Shown here: positions 47,836 through 64,000 of the stretch, piece after piece
Numbering within the stretch: position 1 is the stretch's first letter
Layout of the letters: every line of letters starts with the position of its first letter
NCBI GenBank assembly: GCA_040954595.2
Contig: CM082594.2
Span: 1,382,247-1,446,246, forward strand
Length of the DNA: 64,000 nucleotides
Direction: 5' to 3'
DNA from: Balanoglossus misakiensis
Taxonomy: Eukaryota > Animalia > Hemichordata
Program-made: the position numbers and the translations under genes
Notes under the pieces: generated by a model
Seen by the model: only the letters and a program-made list of their open reading frames with translations
What the model was told of the DNA's origin: nothing
Databases searched by the model: none

Positions 47836-49099
47836 TGACGTGTACAGCTGGAACTTATGATACAGGAGATGAATGTGCTAGCTGTCCTGTTGGATCTTAT
47901 CAAAATTCCGCTGGTCAAACATCATGCATTACCTGTCCATCAGGTTATAGTACACACGATAAACACAGCAAGAGTCAAGATGACTGTATTGGTAAGAGAA
48001 ATAGTCTATAACAAATACCACATCATCTCTGATGAGCTAGCACTGTGATTGACAGACTCGTTTATTTTATTCCACATACGGTTTTGGTAACACGTACAAA
48101 CGAGATTTTAAAAAAAGCCATTACATGAATACTTTGCATGAATACTTTGAATTTTACAGATCGCACATCATGCAAACAAGGTGCTTCTGTTGGATGTAAT
48201 TGTAAAAAGACTGTGTTGCTATTGACATCTCTAGATTTCAATCTTTGTATGACGTGATGATTCAAAACTAAATAGTACATGCAGTTTATGAATATATAGT
48301 GTTTAAGGTCAAATTGTGATCTTTTTTTAACTTTTAGAGTTGTGCAAACCTGGCTATTACTCAGATGATGGTAAAGCTCCATGTACACAATGTGTGCAAG
48401 GATCTTATCAACCAGATTATGGTTCTACTGATTGTCATCTGTGCCCAAATGACACGTCAACACACGGGGTAGCAGTTGCAGTAGAGAGTTGCAAAGGTAG
48501 GAAGATTATTTTACAATGCCAAGTTTTTATTGGGCCAAAAAAATAGTATATGCTGTTCCGATTACATGGTTTTCAGAAATAGGGTAGGTAGGTAGGTAAG
48601 GATTTTTTTTTATTTTGCGATTTTTTTTAGCTCTCAATGTGCATTTCACATCAGAAAAAACTATAGTGTAGAAGAATGACATCATAGTCCTGCGTGATGT
48701 GCGCGATTTCGTCATAGTTCTCGCATGATTTGCGCAATTTTCATAAATTTTGTATGTTTGACAACAATGTTTTTTTTTACTTCTGGGTTTACGAAGCTCT
48801 AAAAAGTTTAGGGTCAGCAGGTTATAATTAGGGTAGGTCGGGTAATCGGAACAGCACATATTTTTTATTTTGGCCTCATTTCATCTTTTCCAGGATACAA
48901 CATCATATTAAAATTTCAATTTGTATTTAACTTCCAGAAAAATGCACAGTTGGCTCATATTCCAACACTGGTCTTGAGCCATGTGTACTTTGTCCCCATC
49001 ACTATTACCAGAATGAGAGTGGTTCCAGAGAATGCAACCCATGTCCAACAGGACTGCGTACAACCCATGAAGGTGCCAATAGTTTGGATGACTGTATAG
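47836..49099 (+). CDS. Three ephrin-receptor-like (GCC2/GCC3) Cys-rich exons: 47836-47991, 48338-48496, 48938-49099
   Basis: C..G.Y....C..CP.G.YQ...G...C..CP pattern. Confidence 0.9.
48531..48877. mobile_element. MITE with GGCCAAAA...TTTTGGCC ends; related copies 43918-44190 (inverted) and 12679-12986
   Basis: TIRs and cross-matching internal sequence. Confidence 0.65.
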
Positions 49100-49243
49100 G
49101 TAGGTACATTTGGCATAAAAATTGAAGGGATTACTTATATATTGATTACATATTCTTTTCCTATTTCTTGAGTTTCTTGCAAAAAAAAAACATATTGACC
49201 AAATTTGATCATTATGGTTTTATGTTTACATCGTTTATTTCAG

Positions 49244-54867
<5,624 letters not shown>

Positions 54868-55787
54868 GTAACTGTGTGCTGACCATTTGTGATCCTATTC
54901 TTGGTTTCTTTAGTAATGTTTACTGTAAAATGGGAAATTTTTGCCGCAAACTACGCGAGAGCCAAAATAACATGCAAATAAAACGTCGCGTAAAAAAAAT
55001 TTCGGAGATAACAATGCAGTGAAATACACGAACACGAAACTTAATCGTTGTGTAACAGTTGCCCCTTTTGATATCGCGAAAATTCCCTGTCGCGAAAATT
55101 TCCCATTTTCCAGTATTTATTTCCATGCTATACCATGCATATTACTTTTTACAGCCTGAATTTCATTTACCTGTATTCTTCTTTCTCAGAAATCTGTCGA
55201 TCAATTTACCAATCATTGAATGTATTATATAAATAAGCAAGCAGGCTTGCTGCACAATCAGATGTATAGAGGCTTGGATCTTTCATTACATTTGCTGGTT
55301 CTTTGCTGTTCTGTTCTCGGATGTACGCCTCACTACATGTACATCTGAATCTACTCCATTGAAAATGTTGAATGTGTTTTTTCAAAAGTAACCAATCTAA
55401 AAGCAGCTAACTTAACGCTTTTTGCTATGTGTTCTGACAGGTGCATTATGTCTTCTGTAACGAGTGCTTAGATTGGCTTGAGAAAGGACATGATTTTCTA
55501 TGTGCATATGAGGTGAATATTTGAGAATAGGAAAGCAAAGAACTAGCGAATGTAAATATCAATCAAACACTACACCAGTTAGCCAGCAAGCCATCCAGGA
55601 AACAAACTCATATGTTAGTATTTTCATTTTAGCTTGAAGTACAGTTTTATAGAACTGATAATATTCTATAGATGAAAGTACATAGTACATACCATTCCAG
55701 TACAAACAAGTAATAATAAGCTGCACATGTTTTGGTTGTAAAGCTTAGTCTAATGTTCTGTTATGTTTGCTTTTATATTTCTAACAG

Positions 55788-57318
55788 AAAAGTCATCCAA
55801 TTATGATCTCTTCTTCGATGGAGCTGACTCAATGGTTGTCTCACCAACATTTAATTGCAGTCAAGACTTCAGTGTATCACTGTGGGTCAGATATAGCACC
55901 ACTGATAAATCAACACCAGGTGTCTATCTTACCATAGCATTGCAAGGATCAAGGTACTCTTTATGTTATTCTTTCTAGTCTGCAACCAATCTGATTAAAA
56001 TCAGAAGTTCAACCTCCCGTTGTGGCCAGGCCAATCAGTACAGTTGAAAGTTCCTGCACTAAAAAAATAAATATTACAATGAAATGAAATATAATGTCTC
56101 GGGAGTTCATTTACTTCCATGTGTTCTAGTGGATGAGATAATGCTTTGTTTAGGAATTTCAAAGTGGGAAATGCAACGTTTTCTCATTGTATTTTGCATT
56201 TTCTCACGGTGGCGACCATATTCCTTTGCGGCAAAGATTTATTATTTGTCTGGTTTAAACTTGCATATGCACTCATACTTAGGGTTCATAATACTTGTAC
56301 ATAGTTCAGTGCATACTTCTGTATGGGCTAAAGGTGGTGCAGTTTGAAAAAAGTGTGATAATTTCCCAAAAGTAACAGCTGATGCACCGACTTATGTCTA
56401 ATCTCTGTTTTGAATTTCTTGGCAGCTTAACCCAAGTTGATAGTACCCTTCTTGTCCTGGACAGAAGTCTATCTGTCAGTACAAATGGTGTAACCGTATC
56501 AGTTGATGACAACTCGTGGCATAATGTTGTCATGGTAATTGAAGAAGGCATTGTGGCAGTTTACTTGAATGGTGTTGCAGTAACATCACCCCTTCCATCC
56601 TGGACAGGTATCGCTGACTCAGAAAAGTATTGTAAGTTGCTAGTGGAACTCCGAACATTTTTAACTCCTACAAAGCCATTGAAAATTGTCATCATCACAT
56701 GTTAAAATTCTATATTTTCCTATACTGTCAAGTTTTCCCAAGCCTCAAGAGAAGTGAACCATTTATTTGTGAAGCAGTTATCTTGTTTATAACTTATCTG
56801 CTAGGTAGCTTGTCTTACTCCTACATGACAATACAATATCATCATAACATGTTGCGACTTACAACAAAACAGGCCAAAAAATTCAAGGGAGCAAACTATG
56901 GACATCAGCAAAGCTATCTTCGTGGCACTTTCAAATTCAAACTTATGCAGAACGATACTGATTTTCACAGTTTATTTTTGACAACTTCTTACCAGCACTT
57001 TTAATGAATTCATTATTCTCTTGTTTTTCAACAGCTGTATGGTAATTCTTGGTCAAAGCTATGACGAAAATGGACTCCTTGACAACTACTTTAGCTTCCA
57101 TGGTGATGTTACACAGATGAATGTATACGATTATGTATTGACTCCTGTTGAAATCCAGAGTCTGGCTTTGAACTGTTCACAAAATCCACTTGGCAATCAT
57201 GTCATGTGGGTTGAAATGGATCAAGAGTTATTGGGTAGTGTGGTCAAAATCCAGCCATCAGCTTGTGGAAGTACCAGGTGCCCAATTGGTTACTCTGGTT
57301 CACCATGCACACCTGTTG
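55788..57318 (+). CDS. LamG/pentraxin-like domain, exons 55788-55953, 56426-~56631, 57035-57318
   Basis: FSVSLWVRY, DDNSWHNVV, VILGQ...SFHGDVTQMNVYDYVL. The donor of the middle exon is uncertain (phase conflict). Confidence 0.8.
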
Positions 57319-57656
57319 GTAAATAGCCTTATTCATTACTATCAAACAATTTTATGCATAATCTGACGAGGAGAAATTGGGTCATATTCACAGAGTTGAT
57401 TAATCCTAAATCCTTACTTTAACACAGCTCTCCTTGTAATGTTGTGTCTGTCCAGGGAAAACTGTGTGAAATTTTGAGTAGTTTTTCCTGTGTACATTCA
57501 CCAGCCCCTAGCTGCTGTGTGTTGTACTCCAATCACACAGCCTGCAATCTCCCTACTTTAGGAAGTATAGGGAATCATCATCTGCCCATGCCTGTATCGC
57601 TCACTCTTTTTGTTTCTACCGTAGATGTATTTAACACTGAATGTAATGATACTATT

Positions 57657-57756
57657 CACAACCACCATCACCATCATCATCATCATAATCATCATCACCA
57701 CCACCACCACCACCACCATCATCATCATCGTCATCATCATCACCATCATCATCATC
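57657..57756. repeat. (CAT/CAC)n trinucleotide microsatellite, intronic
   Basis: Direct reading. Confidence 0.95.
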
Positions 57757-58056
57757 AGTTTCTGCTGTTCCAAGAACTAGGCTTATCATGAGTGTAATTG
57801 ATCATATCAGTTATTATGCCTATGGATACCATCTCATGACTCCTGTCCTATCTTGTAGTGTTTCTTGACAGTGATCTAGTCTATTCACATGTATCAGAAA
57901 ACAAGCACTTAACAATATCTGGATTTCTCATGAATATGTGACAGATATTAACATCTAGTAGTGCATTTACCTAAATGTACCAGTGTATGCATAGGGGGTG
58001 TGGACCAGTTGTTTAATTTACAAACATTTGTTATTCTTTCACTTTTTTTTCTTCAG

Positions 58057-58997
58057 ATAAACACGCTCCTGAAGTCATTTACTGTCCCAATACGACCCGT
58101 ATAATTAGTCCTAATAGCTTGACAACAGGAGTATGGCAGGAGCCTATATTTACAGATGATGTCGCCATTGCCAATGTGACACAAACCTACACAATGGGTA
58201 AGTTTCCTATAAAATATCATTTCTGATTATAGATAATATATAACATTCACACTAACTAAGTTTTTTTTATCGGGGTGGGGTGGGGAGTTGATCTAAACAG
58301 AAACCAACAAGCTGAGACAACTTTCCTAAGATTATGGTCAGTATGAAGCATACTGGTACAGTTTATTCTTGTGGCCGTTACTCATATATGGCTAGCACAT
58401 CCTATGTGCGACAGATGATCTTGCTTCCAAGTATTAAAGCCTCAATTGCTGATACTATTACCATATGTTTATAGGCCCTTTCCTCGATCCCAAGGCAGTA
58501 CAATGAAGTTAAAACTCGAAAGCATTTGTGTTTGCACGTAATTGTTTATTGGAAACAAAAGATTTGACCAACTGTTGAGCAAGGCCTTTAATCAGTAAAG
58601 TACTTAATATTCTCCACTACTACTGGGGATACCCATACCACAAATGTTGTGTTCTCTTACAATGGGCAGTTGAATAAACGTGTGCGGCACCATATCTGTT
58701 TAGTATACATATCTTGTTCATGTTTATATGTACAGTCACAATCAGGAGTTGATAATATGCCTGTGTATACCCACCAGATAGCTCACTTAAATGGACCATT
58801 CTAAGTTTGAAAAGAAAATCATGAAAAACATTCAAGAAACGGAAGCTATTTTGGCTTTAGCACCCATGCCTGTAATGATGTGCATAATTTTGTTCTTACA
58901 GGTGACACCTTTTCCTGGGGAACTTACCAGATCAGCTATGTTGCTTCAGATACAGCTGGCAACAATGCACAGTGCAACTTTTTACTCTATGTACTGC
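58057..58997 (+). CDS. HYR domain, exons 58057-58197 and 58902-58997
   Basis: DKHAPEVIYCP...WQEPIFTDD / GTYQISYVASDTAGNNAQCNF. Confidence 0.9.
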
Positions 58998-59992
58998 GTG
59001 AGTGAATTTTTTTATCATTCATACATAAACTTTACAAATTAATTAATATCTTGACAAATTGTCATCTCTACCCCTTGTTATGTCTTGTCACATACTGTAA
59101 AACGGGACATTTTCGTGACAGAAAATATTTTGCAATATATCAAAAGAGGCAACTGTGACACGAGAATTAAATTTCCGCATTCTAGTATTTTACTAACTAC
59201 TCTGGTATCTCTGAAAAACATTTTATGCGACTTTATTTACTTCTTCTTTTTTGCCGAAGTTTGGGAAAATTTGCCGTTTTACAGTAATATGATTGCATCA
59301 TTATCACTTTTGTCCCTATGTAACTATCAAAAATTATAACAACATCATTCAGAACATACAAGGACACTCAAACCCGTCTAAAACAAACCCTGTCTAATCG
59401 GGAAACCTCTCTTCAACCAACAGCTTTTCCTAGTCCCTTTTACATAGAAACATGTTAATGTGTTGGTGTTCTGTTTAAAAGATTTGACTGTGTAATAAAT
59501 ATGGGTGTCACACATACACCATTAAGACAGTTCTGAAGCATCTCAGAATTGATACTGTCTTAAAAAAACATGTGTGGACGGTGTAAGTGGTCCTGAAACG
59601 TCTCAGATTTGAGACGGCTCTGCCAGCCAGACCTGAGCCGGTGTAAGGATTAACACCTCTCCGCAACCCATTGTCTATGGGGCCGAGCCTCAGCGCCCAT
59701 ACATAAACTTTGTGTGTGTGGACACAACATGACTCAAAGGATTAATGCTCTGTGGTTAGCACTGGCAAATAGTGTCTCAAATTTTACCCTGTGTGAACCT
59801 GGTAAAAGAGGCATTGTGCCCTAGTGGCTAGGGTTGTGGGTTCGTTACCTAGACCTGGACATTTGGGTAGTATTTGCCTGTTGGATGATATATGAGACAC
59901 AGACATTTGGGTAGTATTTGCCTGTTGGATGATAGATGAAATAAAATTAAAAATATATAGACAAATAAACTGTGTTCTCCTTTCTTTTACAG

Positions 59993-62620
59993 CATTTGAT
60001 TGTGAAAAGCCAGCACCACCAGTTAAAGGTATTTCCATCTGTAATGAGTTTGAGTCGGGTGTGTTCTGTCAGGTGGATTGTTTACCAGGATACAAGTTTG
60101 CAAGCCTGCCAGCACCTTACTATCTCTGCCATAGTGAAGGATATTTTATTCTCACGTTCTACGCACGCTGGGAGTGTGAGAACAGAGTGTGAGAACAAAT
60201 TGTTCTCACACTCTGTATTATTGCGCGAACAAAGAATCTTTTAATAGGGCGAGCGCTGATTGGTCAATTTGGACACGCTTCTAATACATATGTGTAATAT
60301 TTGACGAATAGAATGTCGCGTAATATACAACCGGAACTACAACAGGCAGACGACTGTATCGCAAAGTGATAAGGTTTTTGGATTTCCGGGTTCCGAGTAT
60401 GGTTAGCGTCGGCGACAAATACTTGAAGAATAACCGCATATTTGTTGTAACGGGCGAATTTAGACCTTTAGGAACATATCGGCTGTTTACGCTCGTCGAT
60501 AATATTTCCGGTGAAGAACTGACACTATCGTCAATTCAGATAACGAAAGATTTCGACATCGTCATGACCGAACCAGCTGCAGCCGTCAACAGTGACGCGA
60601 ATAATGACCGCCAGAGCCGTTTCGTTACGTTATCCAACGTCGACCTGGAGAAGTTTGTTGCCGAACAACAAAATCAAGAGACCGTCCGAAAAACAAACAG
60701 TCACATCGCTCTGTTGAAGCAGTTTCTGGTAGAAAATGGTGAACACAGAGACGTTTGTGATATACCACCTATCGAACTGGACCCGTTAGTTGGGAAGTTT
60801 CTTTGCGTCGTACGTAAGGAAGATGGATCTGAATATGAGCCATCCTACTTGCGAGGTTTGTTCAGTAGTGTTGAGCGACATCTGCGCTGGAAGAAATATG
60901 GTGTATCTCTAACCAACGGCCCTGAATTTTTCTCGGCGCGGGAGCAACTGAAGGCCAAACAGAAAGACTTGCGGAAACAAGGTAAAGGCAACCTCCCTAA
61001 CAAGGCAGAAACCCTGAGTGATGACAACGTCAATCATTTGTATGCGACGAGACAGCTTGGAAGCCATAGCCCACGGTCCATTATTAACACTCTATGGTTT
61101 AATAATATGCTGCATTTTGGCATGCGAGCCATAAAAGAACACCGGTCCCTCTGCTGGGGTGATATTCAGCTGAAACGTGATGACCATGGGCGAGAATACC
61201 TGGAAATGTCTCGGGAACACTAAACAAAAACAAGAACTGGTGAAAATGTCAACGATGTACGTCCCGTCAAACCGCAGATGTACGCGTTTCCGTCAAACAC
61301 AGAGCGATGTCCAGTAACATTGTATAAATTATACAAATCTCTGCGACCCACTGATTTCAATGATCCAGAAACCCCTTTCTATTTGGGCATCAAGGATGCC
61401 AACCCAAAACCATCTGAAAAGACATGGTTCAAACGCTATCCCATGGGTCCAAATACTATTGCAAACATCATGAAAAACATGTCAACAGAGAGTGGCCTAA
61501 CTGAACTAGGCAAGAAACTCACTAATACCAGTGCTAGAAAGTACTTGTTGCAAAAGTTGAATGATAACATGGTCCCACCAACACATACAATGCAAAAGAG
61601 TGCACATAAAAATGTCCAGTCCATAAATAACTATTGCAAACTCTCAGATAACCAACAGTATGCTATGTCGCACATTTTGAGTGAGACAACGAAAACAGAT
61701 GTGACACAAAACTACTTTCCTACTGCTGTTGCTGGCTCATCTAATAACTATATGACACAGCAATATCAGGAAACAAAGCACACACAGAAATTGGAAGCAT
61801 CCCATGTTCTGGGGTCATCTGCAATCTTCCAAAATTGTCATGTCTCAGGTGGTAATTTTAATGTGCAAGTGCACTTCCAAAGTGATACTGGGCCACCTTC
61901 CAAAAAACGACCAAGGGTGATATATTCAGATTCTGAAAGCAGTCAGGAAAATATTTAAATGTTTTGACCAGGTGTATCAAAACATGTGAACATAACATTC
62001 ATCACTACTAGAATTTTAATGACAAATTTTATAAAATGGCTTGTTTTATTTGATAAACTTTGAATTGAAAGTCAAACTTCGTTTATTCAAATGTGTTTGA
62101 AAGACAATTGCACCTTGTCAAACGGGTACACATCTACTTGTTCTGATTTTTAAAAACAATTTGTTGTTTATGTGGTTGCTGTTTTGAATTGTAACTCACT
62201 ATGATGCAGATTTATATGAGAAATCTGTGTAAATAAATCTTTGCAATGTTACAGTCACAAATGTCTTGGTGTATAAAAACGTATGGATGTGTATGGTAGG
62301 AACTACATTTTCTGGGCGGAATGATACTGATCGAAGGTGGTTGATGCTGATGGGTTTTGATTATTGTATAATAATGTTCATAAAAAGACAAATTTCTGCA
62401 ATTATCGGAGGAACGTGAGAAAAAGAATCCCACACACCAATGGTCTGAGATGAAATGTCTCACACTCGTTGGAGAATTTCTGTCTCACACTCGCCTTCGG
62501 CTCGTGTGAGACAGAAATTCTCCAACTCGTGTGAGACATTTCATCTCAGACCATTGGGGGTGTGGGATTCTATTAATCCTGAGAATCCAGACGAGGAATT
62601 CACCTTCCCTGGATGTTCAG
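59993..62620 (+). CDS. CCP-like exon interrupted by Crypton (59993-60148 + 62576-62620)
   Basis: Removing 60149-62575 restores the frame YYLCHSEGYF-NPENPDEEFTFPGCS followed by the gtgaga donor. Confidence 0.85.
60149..62575 (+). mobile_element. Crypton-type tyrosine-recombinase DNA transposon, ~2.4 kb
   Basis: DUF3504-like ORF, no TIRs, TTA at both junctions, long hairpin at the right end. Confidence 0.85.
60366..61958 (+). pseudogene. Crypton tyrosine recombinase (DUF3504/KCTD1/ZMYM-related) with an in-frame TAA at 61221-61223
   Basis: VRKEDGSEYEP, HFGMRA..EH, *TKTRTG, RCPV, TNTSAR, SAHKNVQSINNY; the two ORF-track pieces are in the same frame. Confidence 0.9.
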
Positions 62621-62999
62621 GTGAGAAAAAAATGATTTGGTATCAGTAAAGAAATATAATCAGGTTGCACATGCACATTCAGAAAATTCTCCAAAGAGAG
62701 AGAGTTGTGAAAGGGGGTATTCCAGCATTGAGACAATTTTCTTTTAGTTATAAATGAAAAGAGAAATATGAGTAATGCAAATTCTTGCTTTACAGTATGT
62801 CAAGGTTGTGATTACAGGTAGATAATTTGTTAACATCATATCTGCTTACCCCAATATAAAGCTCCAGTACATTTGAGCTATTTTCTTAATATTTTGTTCT
62901 GGGTAAGCAGCTGTAACTTTCCTGATTGGCTAAGCGGTTTCGCAGTCTAAGTCAATACATCGTTCGCTAGATTTGTTTGTTTGTATTGTTCTACTGCAG

Positions 63000-63754
63000 C
63001 TCCTGGGAAGACTCAACGTGGAGTGAATTGTGGCGTGTCATACAATTCACAGGCTGGTACATGTAACAATGGTGTCATCCAGCAATTGAGGATCAGTTTT
63101 ATGAACACTATCAACTATCTGAATGATTTGTTTGGTATTTGTGGCGGTGAATGCAACTTTGATGACCTTCAAATAACCTGCGGCGCCTCAAACCGAAGAA
63201 AGAGACAGGCTGATACTCAGCTTGTGGTTCAGTTCAGTTTCACAACCAATGCGTGAGTAGTAATTGTTATTTTTCGAGTATTTTATTCCCCTTCTGTTCT
63301 ATTGAAATGACTTTGGTGACATGTCTAGGGTACTGATCCCAGGCTGTGTGAGGACCAGCTCTGTATTCCCTATACAGCTGGTGTTTGCATTATTGCAAAA
63401 TATTCCATTCATGCAAGTGAAAACAAATTATTTTGTGTCTTAACACTCAAACATTTTCAGTTTTTGGCAACCCCATCATTTCTGCCCACCTTCCTTCATG
63501 TTGCGGCATCCTGTATTCTAAAGATTCATGCATTCGAAATATACTGCAAAACATGTTATTTTCGCGAGCAGTAAATTTCTGCAAAACATGCGCTGGTCAA
63601 AAAAACGTTAAAATAAAAAGTTGTGTAAAATGTTTTTGGAGATAATGCCCCATTGGATTCTGGCAATCAGAAGAAGGAAAGTTTGTGTGTAATACTTGCC
63701 CAAAGGGAATGCTTACATTAGTTGAAGGAGCTACTGATGAGTCACAATGTCAGG
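63000..63754 (+). CDS. Exon 63000-63252 (with RRKR furin site) and a 5'-truncated GCC exon remnant 63646-63754
   Basis: CGASNRRKRQAD; CPIGFWQSEEGKFVCNTCPKGMLT...SQCQ abuts a truncated MITE with no acceptor. Confidence 0.8.
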
Positions 63755-64000
63755 GTAGGTACTTGTGTTATTTGCTATTCTTGACTATCAATCACATGAT
63801 CTGGCCATGTGACGTACCCATGGCGTTATCATTTGTAAGTGACAGGCAAGCAATATTTCGGCATCCAGTAAACTTTTTTCCGAGTAGGTTTTTACTTTAG
63901 AACCGCCAGATATGTAACATATTCAACAGTTTAACAAATTCACGTGAGTGAAAAGCAGATAATCGTGAATATCAAAAAATTAATCTTCTCAATTACAGAG

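Noticed and set aside
56620-57040. Additional frameshift in the LamG exon
   Set aside because: The strong donor at 56632 is out of phase, but a weaker GT five bases upstream restores frame; this cannot be decided without RNA data.
57444-57791. Poly-His protein ORF
   Set aside because: Translation of an intronic CAT/CAC microsatellite; the flanking exons join in phase without it.
61221-61223. Programmed stop readthrough in the Crypton ORF
   Set aside because: A single C>T change from CAA (Gln of the usual QTKTR motif) is the simpler explanation, and TAA is a poor readthrough codon.

Overview
AT-rich animal genomic DNA with GT-AG introns (probably a marine invertebrate; the taxon is inference). 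The whole window is the middle of one large + strand multi-exon gene of the uninflatable/SP1070 (SVEP1-like) class. Its order is CUB x4, CCP x4, EGF x2, CCP x3, split CCP, HYR, CCP-like, SEA-like, ephrin-receptor-like Cys repeats x3, an EGF array, LamG/pentraxin, HYR, CCP-like and a furin site. The most striking feature is that one CCP domain is split open by a ~27 kb cassette of exons. The cassette encodes Thr-rich mucin spacers alternating with four copies of a complete two-domain microbial-expansin-like module (DPBB + CBM63-like), then a second copy of the gene's own SEA-like domain and an RKRR furin site. This copy of the gene carries many inactivating lesions (frameshifts, a nonsense codon, a dead splice acceptor, deletions, exonic transposon insertions), so it looks like a pseudogene or null allele. 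Mobile DNA includes two near-identical 5.57 kb piggyBac elements produced by an 8418-bp tandem duplication, with the transposase split into two ORFs at an A8 slippery run. There is also a Crypton (DUF3504 tyrosine recombinase) element inside an exon, several hairpin-ended non-autonomous elements, a Penelope-type hammerhead remnant, many MITEs and a 2006-bp tandem duplication of one CUB domain. All domain calls come from motif recognition by eye; no searches were run.
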